A stretch of 17,001 bases of DNA from Candidatus Methylomirabilota bacterium (GTDB lineage: Bacteria; Methylomirabilota; Methylomirabilia; Rokubacteriales; CSP1-6), in assembly GCA_046726415.1 (NCBI GenBank), contig JBKPAK010000187.1, forward strand, positions 1 to 17,001, in the 5' to 3' direction. The translations under genes and the position numbers were made by a program. Shown piece after piece: positions 8,601-15,824 of the stretch (its first letter is position 1; each line of letters starts with the position of its first letter). The notes under the pieces are model-generated. The model was not told where the DNA came from. It searched no databases and was given only the letters and a program-made list of their open reading frames with translations.

Positions 8601-9638
8601 CTAGTGGGCGGGAAGGCGAAAGAGCCCGTCGGCCGCCGCGATCTGCAGGCAGCGCGACACGTCGAGAGTGCGAAAGGCGTTTTCGCGTAGCGTGATGGTT
8701 ACGTGGTCGCCGGGGTCGAAGGTGAGCTCGCGTTCCCCGTCGAGGGCCACCACCCCCGCCCGCTGGTCGACATGGAACGTCTGATCGGCCCCCATCCTCT
8801 GCCAGCCGCTGATGCCCACGACGCGCACCATCCCGGGCGCGATCGGCGCGAGCAGGTTGAGCTTCGGAGTTTCGGCGTCGTGGCAGAGCTCGACCGCGCA
8901 TCCGCCCGGCTCGCGCCGGCCCACGGGCTCGAGCAGCCCGGCGATGGCGGACATGCCGATCGCCTCGGGATCGGCGTAGGTCACGTAGAGCCAGCGCAGG
9001 CTCTCCGTCCGCCACAGAGCACGAGCGCCGATGTAGCGGTCGGTGGAGATCACCGCGTCCACCAGCGCGATGTCGCGGCGACGTCCGCGGTTGACGATGA
9101 CCTCGAGGATCTTGTTCGGCACCAGGGCCTGGCTGGCGGGGAGGCGGCCGGACGCGTAGAGACCCACGGCCATGCCGGTGATCGTGGGCTCCCGCATCTC
9201 CGGGAAGGCGTTGTTGGTGCCCGTGGAGACACCGGCGATGGGCACGTCTCCGCATTCCCGGGCCACCGCGCGGTGAGTACCGTCGCCGCCGAGAACGACG
9301 ATGGCGGCGACGCCCGCCGCGCACATCCGCCGCGCCGCACCGAAGGTGTCCTCGACCGTGGAGTGAACGTCCATGTCGAGGAACTCCACCTCGGGGAAGC
9401 GATGGTTCACGCTTCGCTCGCGCGCGAGGCCGCGCGAGAGCATGGCACTGATTCCGCCCTTGTCCGGCATCATGAGCACCCGGCTCACGCCGCAGCTTCC
9501 GGCCGCGGCGAGCACGCGCAGGACGATGTTGACGCGATCGGCGATCTGAAGATTGTTCGCGTTTGCGATAACCCGGCGGATGTCGCGGGCCGAGACCGGG
9601 TTGGCGATGAGGCCGATGGTGGGCGGCCGAGCCGCCAT
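8601..9638 (-). CDS. acoX: AcoX, ATP-NAD kinase-fold acetoin catabolism protein
   Basis: IGLIANPVSARDIRR, LGGDGT, STGTNNAFP, ALDGERE. GAGGAGG RBS before ATG 9638. First gene of acoXABC. Confidence 0.88.
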   Translation of the reverse strand: MAARPPTIGLIANPVSARDIRRVIANANNLQIADRVNIVLRVLAAAGSCGVSRVLMMPDKGGISAMLSRGLARERSVNHRFPEVEFLDMDVHSTVEDTFGAARRMCAAGVAAIVVLGGDGTHRAVARECGDVPIAGVSTGTNNAFPEMREPTITGMAVGLYASGRLPASQALVPNKILEVIVNRGRRRDIALVDAVISTDRYIGARALWRTESLRWLYVTYADPEAIGMSAIAGLLEPVGRREPGGCAVELCHDAETPKLNLLAPIAPGMVRVVGISGWQRMGADQTFHVDQRAGVVALDGERELTFDPGDHVTITLRENAFRTLDVSRCLQIAAADGLFRLPAH

Positions 9639-9870
9639 GCGGACCTCCTCTAGGCGCCTCTCTTCCACCGGACGGCGGTGGGGCAGGCTCACTCGCGGCC
9701 GAATCTATCACAAGTGAGCGCGCCCGCGCTCGGAACCCTGACATGCGAGCCATGATCGCTGGCCGCCGTGCCGGCTAGCCACAGCCAGCGGCGATCAAGA
9801 GATCGTATTGATTTGATCGCCGAGGCCTGCAGCGCGATCACCACTTCGGCGGCCCTTGGCCCTCCGACGT

Positions 9871-9998
9871 CGGCGAGAAGGTGGTGGAGATCAGCAAGCA
9901 GTTCGACCCGAACTTCCGATAGGAATCGGATACGTGCGGGACGGCCGCACGCCGCGAGTGACGCGATGCCCATCGATTTCGAACTCAGCGAGCAGCAG
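9871..9998 (+). repeat. Direct repeat copy 1 (cupin 3' end, spacer, acyl-CoA dehydrogenase start)
   Basis: Manual alignment to 12148-12274 gives about 11 differences in 128 nt. Confidence 0.92.
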
Positions 9999-10830
9999 AA
10001 CGACCTCAAGCATCTCGGCCGCGAGCTGGCGCGGGACTTCGGGACCCGCGCGCTCCAGCATGACCAGGACCGGTCACTTCCCCCTCGAGAACTTCGCGAA
10101 GCTCCGGGCCGCCGGCCTCTATGGCATCGCCCTGCCGGAGGCGCTGGGCGGCCTCGGGGCCGGCACGCTTGGCTGGGTCGCCTTCGCCGAGGAGCTCGCC
10201 CAGGGCGATGCCTCCACCGTGCTCGCCTTCAACATGCACGTCAACGCGACGGGCGGTATCGCCCAGCGGCCGGCGATCCGGCAGGAGCTGAAGGAACGCG
10301 TCGCCAAACTCGCCGCCGAGGAGGGCCGGCTGATGTGCACGTCGGTCTCTGAGCCGGCTTCGTCCAGCCTGTTGCCGGTCGCGTTTGTCCCCAGCGTCCA
10401 GGCGCGCACCGAGTCCGGTGGATACCGGCTGTACGGCAAAAAGTTGTTCGCCTCGATGTTCGAGGCGAGTGACTACGCGTATCTATAGCACATCTGGAGC
10501 ACGCTCCCAATCCCGCGGGTCACCTACGACGGAGCATTCGTGCTCCACGACCTCGTCCTCTACGAAACGGACAATTTCGCCGACTCGTTCGTCGTCCAAG
10601 AGGCGAGCTGGGCGTTCGGTGGATACACCGCGTGCTATCTCGGCGTCGGCCTGGCGATCGTCGACTGGGTCGCGAACCAGCTCCGCACCCGGAAGGCCAA
10701 AGGCTACGCGCAGGTCATGGGCTATGCTCCCGAGAGCAGTCATCGCCTCGGCGAGATGGTGACGGAGATCGAGGCGGCCCGCCTGATGGTCTACCGGGCT
10801 GCCTGGCAGACAGACACCCAGGGGCCAGCC
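9966..10830 (+). pseudogene. Acyl-CoA dehydrogenase-family pseudogene
   Basis: MPIDFELSEQQ... then a +1 frameshift in the C-run 10080-10084 into PLENFAKLRAAGLYGIALPEALGG...LAFNMH...SEP...YGKKLFAS. TAG at 10486-10488. Resumes RVTYDGAFV...ACYLGVG...EIEAARLMVYRAAW and is truncated near 10830. Confidence 0.85.
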
Positions 10831-10914
10831 TCGGCAGCTTCTTCCGTTCTACGTGGCAGTGCTGAGGGCACCTCGCTTGTCCTCGTGACCGATCTCCATG
10901 TGACGGGCCTTCTG

Positions 10915-11250
10915 TCACCCGACCAGCTCGAAGAGGCCTTCGACGATGCGATCCACCTCGTCGGCGCTCAGGACGCCGATCCGCCGCCCGAGCCGCTCGA
11001 CCGACAGCGTACGGATCTGGGTGATCTTGACCCACGACGTCTTGGGCAGGCGCAGGCCCTCGACGGCATGGGTGAGCGGAAAGCCGGCGCGCTGCGGCTG
11101 GCTCGTGATGGCAAGCGCGATGACGGTGCCGGAGTGCCGGCTCAACGCCTCATGGCTGATCACGAGGACGGGCCGGAGGCCGGCTTGCTCGCGGCCACGA
11201 ACGGGATTGGGATCAGCCCAGTACACTTCTCCTCTCAGTACTCGGGCCAC
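10915..11250 (-). CDS. mazF: Type II toxin, MazF/PemK family endoribonuclease
   Basis: RGEVYWAD-NPVRGREQAGLRPVLVIS...AITS...QIRTLSVERL. 111 aa. Overlaps the antitoxin by 16 nt. Confidence 0.92.
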   Translation of the reverse strand: MARVLRGEVYWADPNPVRGREQAGLRPVLVISHEALSRHSGTVIALAITSQPQRAGFPLTHAVEGLRLPKTSWVKITQIRTLSVERLGRRIGVLSADEVDRIVEGLFELVG

Positions 11251-11477
11251 GTCGTTTCCTCGCCCGTCATCCCCTGCTCGGCCAGGGCCCGCTCCTCCTT
11301 GCGATCAAGTTTCTTGGCCTCGATCGAGAGGCGGCGACGCCGGTGCCGGTCGAGCTTTTCCCGCACCGCTTCCTCGATGGCGCGGCTGCGATTCCGATAC
11401 AGCCCAGCCCTCACCCCGCGGTCGATCTCCTTGACGAGCTCCCGGTCGAGCGTGATGGCGATCTTGTCCGCTGGCAT
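11235..11477 (-). CDS. CopG/ribbon-helix-helix antitoxin
   Basis: MPADKIAITLDRELVKEID...NRSRAIEEAVREKL, with acidic C-terminal tail ...GEETTWPEY. AAGGAGG RBS. Directly upstream of mazF. Confidence 0.88.
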   Translation of the reverse strand: MPADKIAITLDRELVKEIDRGVRAGLYRNRSRAIEEAVREKLDRHRRRRLSIEAKKLDRKEERALAEQGMTGEETTWPEY

Positions 11478-11494
11478 CACCCACCTCCTTCGCC

Positions 11495-11515
11495 GGTATG
11501 ATATTACATCATACC
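11495..11515. promoter_or_regulatory. Palindromic operator overlapping the probable -10 of the TA operon
   Basis: GGTATGAT-attac-ATCATACC is a perfect 8-bp inverted repeat, AT-rich, about 18 nt upstream of the antitoxin ATG. Minus strand contains TATGAT and TAATAT. Confidence 0.75.
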
Positions 11516-11799
11516 CCGGTTCTCGGCCGCTCTCTCCATCGATGCCCAATGCTCTGGGGAGACGCGGACGCGGCAACCCGTCTCGCTGCGCGCACGGTGA
11601 AGGTGTGCCCCGACGTCGGAGGGGGCGCTGAACCGCTGGAGAGCGGCGGGGACAGGCGCGGCAATGCCTCCAGCTCGATGGGCGAGAGCGCCAGGCCGGC
11701 TTTCCAGGTCGCCGCTTCGGACGAGGTAAAGAAACGCTCGCGGAAGACGTCGTTCGTCACCAGTCGACCCAGGGCTCTCTTCACGCTCTGCTGACTCAC
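11509..11799 (-). CDS. Os1348-like NHLP-clan small protein, probably frameshifted near 11650
   Basis: GTG 11799 after GAGGTG: SQQSVKRALGRLVTNDVFRERFFTSSEAATWKAGLALSPIELEAL, which fits the lgrlvtD..FR..F.......g..Ls..E..aL pattern. A plausible continuation AALQRFSA lies in a shifted frame. Confidence 0.65.
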   Translation of the reverse strand: MSQQSVKRALGRLVTNDVFRERFFTSSEAATWKAGLALSPIELEALPRLSPPLSSGSAPPPTSGHTFTVRAARRVAASASPQSIGHRWRERPRTGV

Positions 11800-11854
11800 C
11801 TCACACCTCGCGTATCGAAGTCGCGGCGAGTTCGCATCTACACGTAGCGGTGGT

Positions 11855-11871
11855 TGCAAGAGACGGACCGG
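11855..11871 (-). promoter_or_regulatory. Sigma-54 (-24/-12) promoter candidate for the Os1348-like gene
   Basis: Minus strand CCGGTCCGTCTCTTGCA is GG-N10-GC with TTGCA, about 56 nt upstream of the start codon. Confidence 0.5.
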
Positions 11872-11920
11872 ATCGGCCAGTGCCGAGCAAGTGTGAGAAA
11901 CGACGAGGCTGCGGACGGCG

Positions 11921-12199
11921 CGGCAGGAGGAAGTATTCTTCATCATCGAGGGCACCTATGAGTTGACCGTCGGTGACCAGACCTCGACGGCCGGCCCCGG
12001 CACCATCGTCTTCATCCCGCGCAACGTGGTGCACCGCTTCAGGAACGTCGGCGACACGACAGCGCGCATGCTCGATTGGAGCCTGCCAGGTGGGCAGGAC
12101 CGCTACTTCAAAGCGATCTCCGACCTCGCCGCGGGCGGCGGCTTCACCGGCGAGAAGGTGGTGGAGATCAGCAAGCAGTTCGACACGAACTTCCGATAG
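11921..12199 (+). pseudogene. 5'-truncated cupin-domain gene
   Basis: RQEEVFFIIEGTYELTVGDQTSTAGPGTIVFIPRNVVHRFRN contains cupin motif 2. The motif-1 histidines are missing and there is an in-frame TGA at 11894. Confidence 0.8.
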
Positions 12200-12274
12200 G
12201 AATCGACACGTGCGGGACGGCCGCACGCCGGAAGCGCCGCGATGTCCATCGATTTCGAACTCGGGAAGCAGCAG
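12148..12274 (+). repeat. Direct repeat copy 2
   Basis: Matches 9871-9998. Includes the cupin stop and MSIDFELGKQQ, the first 11 codons of a second acyl-CoA dehydrogenase. Confidence 0.92.
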
Positions 12275-12293
12275 GGGCAGCGGGCGGCAGTTC

Positions 12294-12383
12294 ATGGTGA
12301 TCAGCCCGGACGCGCTCGCGCCGCCCTGCCGCGCGGTTCCCACCCTGCCCCGGCTGTTCCTCGACCGCGTGCGGGCCCGGCCG
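12294..12383 (+). pseudogene. Possible N-terminal remnant of an AMP-binding (fatty acyl-CoA ligase) gene
   Basis: VPTLPRLFLDRVRARP resembles the TLP.LF..rv...P start of long-chain acyl-CoA ligases. No further homology follows. Confidence 0.3.
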
Positions 12384-12509
12384 CTTGGCCGCTCCGTCAA
12401 TTCGGCCGGTCAGGGCCCCGGCGGCTCACGCTGCCGGTGCTCGGGGATGGTCGCCCGAGAAGGGACTTGGCGCGACGGGCATTGGGAAGCGCCCAGAGCC
12501 TCAACCCGT

Positions 12510-12551
12510 CGTAAAGATTTGACCGCTTGCCGTTAAAATCCCGTAAAGATT
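12510..12551 (+). promoter_or_regulatory. Phased direct repeats, candidate OmpR-family (KdpE) binding site
   Basis: CGTAAAGATT (12510), CGTTAAAATC (12531) and CGTAAAGATT (12542), spaced 21 and 11 nt, upstream of kdpE. Confidence 0.55.
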
Positions 12552-12633
12552 GCGCACAGCACCGCACCGCCCGATACACTGTGCGTAGGTTGATCTCTAC
12601 CCCAACCGATAGTGGTGCTTCCCGGAGCTCGGC

Positions 12634-13374
12634 GTGAGCCACCAGGATCCCCCTGCGCACGAGTCGGGCTTGACCTCGACTCCGCTGGTGATCGTCCTCA
12701 TCGAAGACGAAGCACAGATCCGGCGCTTTCTGCGCGCCACCCTGACGAACCAGGGTTATCGGTGCTTCGAGGCGACGACCGGTGCCGAAGGGTTGGTCGA
12801 GGCCTCCTGCCGTCAACCTGACCTCGTCCTCCTCGATCTGGGGCTGCCGGATCTCGATGGCCTCGAGATTATCCGCCGTCTCCGGGAGTGGACCACCGTG
12901 CCGATCATCGTGCTCTCCGCGCGTGACCGGGAGGACGACAAGGTCGCCGCGATCGACACGGGCGCTGACGACTACGTCACGAAGCCGTTCGGCGTGGCCG
13001 AGCTTCTGGCTCGCGTTCGCGCTGCTGTTCGGCACGCGGCGAGGACGGCCGAAGCTCATGCCGAACCGGTATTCATACACGGCACCCTGCGCGTCGATCT
13101 GGCGCGACGGCAAGTGCTCGTCGGAGATACGGAGGTGCACCTGACACCAATCGAATACCGGCTGCTCACGACTCTCGTGCGCCACGCCGGCAAGGTGCTG
13201 ACACACCGTCAGATCCTCAAGGAAGTGTGGGGGCCAAACTCCGTAGACCAGGCGCACTACCTGCGCGTGTACATGATGCAGCTGCGACGGAAGCTGGAGG
13301 CTGACCCCGCTCGTCCACGCCTCCTGCTCACGGAGCCTGCGGTGGGCTACCGGTTCGCTCCGGACTGGCCCTGA
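12634..13374 (+). CDS. kdpE: KdpE-type OmpR-family response regulator
   Basis: IEDEAQIRRFLR, PDLVLLDLGLPDLDG, GADDYVTKPFG, HLTPIEYRLL, GKVLTHRQILKEVWGP, HYLRVYMMQLRRKLEADPARP. Start uncertain. Confidence 0.92.
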   Translation: MSHQDPPAHESGLTSTPLVIVLIEDEAQIRRFLRATLTNQGYRCFEATTGAEGLVEASCRQPDLVLLDLGLPDLDGLEIIRRLREWTTVPIIVLSARDREDDKVAAIDTGADDYVTKPFGVAELLARVRAAVRHAARTAEAHAEPVFIHGTLRVDLARRQVLVGDTEVHLTPIEYRLLTTLVRHAGKVLTHRQILKEVWGPNSVDQAHYLRVYMMQLRRKLEADPARPRLLLTEPAVGYRFAPDWP

Positions 13375-13601
13375 GGGCGTGCGGCGAGCCGCGTGGTGCT
13401 TGCGTCACGAGGACGTTCCCGGCTGCGCGCTGGCAAGGTCGCGGCAGGATCTCCGCTAGCACGCCGAGCGCCCACCGTCGTCGCCCTTCACGCGCGGCCT
13501 GACCGCGCTGTTGGGTGGCAATCAGAAGACCGTGAGTTCAGGGAGCAAGAATCGGCATCTACACGGGGTACCTCGACGCGACACAACGCTTCCTGAACCA
13601 G

Positions 13602-15284
13602 GTGGCCACCCATGAGACCCTGATGAGAACAGGCTCTTATCGAGCCTATACTGGCGATGTGGTAACCCTTCACAGCAGCCGGTCTACAGAGAGCAACACG
13701 AGCGATACTCCCGTCATACCGCCGGCGGCTGCTCCTCTAGAGTTCCGCCATGAAACGGCGTCATCGAGTCGCGTCAGAGAGTATGGCTTGGCAATGAGCC
13801 CTCCTATCCTCTGCACGGCTCTGGCTTGGGTGCTTTCCCCCTACTTCCTGCTCGCGAATCTCCTCGTCGTGTACGTCGTCGGCATCGTCGTCCTGGCCGT
13901 CCGTGTTGGACGGGGTCCGGCCCTCGTGGGCGCAAGCCTGAGTGTGCTCGCGTTCGACGCGGTGTTCCTTCGACATGCGCCCGCAGGCTCGGCATTGGCC
14001 GACATGCAGTACGTTGTCACCTTCGCGGCCATGGTGGCTTTGGCGCTGTTCACCAGTGATCGGTCCCAACGCATCCGCCAGCAGGCCCGAGCGGCCCGTC
14101 AGCGGGAGCGCTGCACCGCCGTTCTTGATGCCATGAGCCGAGACCTGGCGGGGGCGTCGAGCGTCGACGAGGTCTTCACGGTGAGCGTTCGCCATCTGAG
14201 CGGACTGTTCGACAGTGCCGTGGCGGCTCTGGTCCCGGACGACACCGGCCGTCTGGTTGCGCGGTTCACATCTCTTCACCCCAGCGAGAACACCTCGTAC
14301 GACACGAGTATCGGCCGCTGGGTCTGGGAGCGGAGCGAACCCGCTGGTCCCGGCACGCCGAACTTCCCCGAGGCCAACGAGCGATATCTTCCCCTCGTCG
14401 CGTCACGCCAGACCGTCGGGATCCTCGTCATGCGCCCGCATCGCACGCCGATAGACGACGGTCCAGAATTTCAGCCACTCGCAGAGCAATTTGCCACTCG
14501 AATCGCCCTGGCCGCCGAGCGCCAGATTCTCTTGGAGGAGGCTCAGCAAGCACGTATTCGCTTCGAAACGGAACGCGTCCGCAACACCTTCCTTGCCGCA
14601 GTGTCCCACGATCTGCGGACGCCGATGGCCGCCATCAAGGGTTCCGCGACGAGTCTCATCGAGGGCCACCGCACGCTGGACGACGCCACCTGTCGGGAGT
14701 TGGCCGAGGCGATCCGCGACGAGGCCGACCGCCTCACGCGGCTCGTCAGCAACCTGCTCGATATGACGCGGCTCGAGTCGGGCTGGACAATCCGGCGCGA
14801 ATGGCAGTCGCTCGAGGAAATCCTGGGCGTTGCCCTCGCCGCCCTGGAGTCACACCTCGGTGAGCGCGAGATATCGACCGATCTCCCTGCCGATCTGCCA
14901 CTGGTCATGGCTGACGGCCTCCTGATCCAGCAGGTCCTCGTCAACCTGCTCGAGAACGCTGTCAAGTACACGCCACCAGGGACGCCCATTCAGATCTCCG
15001 CCGCAGCCACGGACGGAGCAGTGACGGTCACCGTCGCTGACCGCGGACCTGGCCTCGCGCCGCATGACTTGACGCGCGTCTTCGAGAAGTTCTATCGCGG
15101 TCCGGGCCTCAGCGCCGGCGGTCTGGGACTTGGACTCTCGATCTGCCAGAGCATCGTGGAGGCCCATGGAGGCCGCATGTGGGCGGAGAATCGAGTGGGC
15201 GGCGGAGCCATGTTTCGCTTCCAACTGCCCGCCTCCGTGCCAACCAGCAATGGATTGAGCCTGCATGCTGACCACGTTGGCTAG
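13602..15284 (+). CDS. kdpD: KdpD-like sensor kinase lacking the N-terminal KdpD and Usp domains (DUF4118 TM-GAF-HisKA-HATPase)
   Basis: TM segment LANLLVVYVVGIVVLAVRVGRGPA...FD...QYVVTFAAM, GAF-like YLPLVASRQTVG, ETERVRNTFLAAVSHDLRTP, NLLENAVKYTP, DRGPG, FEKFYR, GLGLGLSIC. Start uncertain. Confidence 0.85.
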   Translation: MATHETLMRTGSYRAYTGDVVTLHSSRSTESNTSDTPVIPPAAAPLEFRHETASSSRVREYGLAMSPPILCTALAWVLSPYFLLANLLVVYVVGIVVLAVRVGRGPALVGASLSVLAFDAVFLRHAPAGSALADMQYVVTFAAMVALALFTSDRSQRIRQQARAARQRERCTAVLDAMSRDLAGASSVDEVFTVSVRHLSGLFDSAVAALVPDDTGRLVARFTSLHPSENTSYDTSIGRWVWERSEPAGPGTPNFPEANERYLPLVASRQTVGILVMRPHRTPIDDGPEFQPLAEQFATRIALAAERQILLEEAQQARIRFETERVRNTFLAAVSHDLRTPMAAIKGSATSLIEGHRTLDDATCRELAEAIRDEADRLTRLVSNLLDMTRLESGWTIRREWQSLEEILGVALAALESHLGEREISTDLPADLPLVMADGLLIQQVLVNLLENAVKYTPPGTPIQISAAATDGAVTVTVADRGPGLAPHDLTRVFEKFYRGPGLSAGGLGLGLSICQSIVEAHGGRMWAENRVGGGAMFRFQLPASVPTSNGLSLHADHVG

Positions 15285-15397
15285 GAGTGGCCGACTACCA
15301 GGGTCGTCTGCGGCAGCACATACCGTTCGGACGATGGATCAACATCGGAGCCATCTGACGCAGTCTCCGCAGCGGCCGCCACTGAAGCTGCTCTCAT

Positions 15398-15460
15398 GAC
15401 GCCTCCAGAGTGAGCTCATTCAGGAGGGGCGTCCTCGAGATCCGTCTCCCAAGAGCAGAC
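15398..15460 (+). pseudogene. C-terminal remnant of an Hsp20/alpha-crystallin gene
   Basis: DASRVSSFRRGVLEIRLPRAD matches the A.f.nGVLeI.lPK signature. In-frame TGA at 15383, and the rest of the gene is absent. Confidence 0.5.
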
Positions 15461-15824
15461 ACGGATTGCGCCAAGATTCTGCAATCCTCCTCCGTGGCCT
15501 TTGAGCCGTCGGTCAGTCAGCGCCGTTGCCAGCATCGCGGGGCTCCCTCCCCGCAAAAGGTTCGGACGCGTGGCGCGGTCGGACGAGCGCGAACCCGCCT
15601 CTCCCGAGCACGCGGTAGGTCATCATCGAGAACCCGATCCCGAGCAACATGCCGTAGATCACGTGCACGATGAGCGCCGTTGCGAGGACGCGATGCGCCA
15701 GCACGACGGATGCGCTCCTCGACAACGAGGGGAGCCATCGGGCCCACGAGCGGCTGGGGTTCATCGAAGTCGAGCGGGCGGTACGATACCGGAAGCCGCT
15801 CTCCTGACGGGAACGGCGAGTGAG

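Noticed and set aside
5428..9753. Long overlapping ORFs 5428..6600 +, 6915..7721 +, 8703..9653 + and 8392..9753 -
   Set aside because: Shadows or alternative frames of acoXABC. The extended starts at 6786 (acoC) and 9692 (acoX) were also rejected in favour of coupled or RBS-supported starts.
9794..9820. GATCAA...TTGATTTGATC as an FNR/CRP site
   Set aside because: Half-sites are not arranged as TTGAT-N4-ATCAA.
10080..10084. C-run as a phase-variation or programmed frameshift site
   Set aside because: The run is short and the gene has further inactivating lesions.
10540..11631. 363-aa + ORF as one protein
   Set aside because: Only the first ~97 aa are dehydrogenase-like. The rest is antisense to the TA genes.
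12397..13257. 286-aa minus-strand ORF
   Set aside because: Antisense shadow of kdpE.
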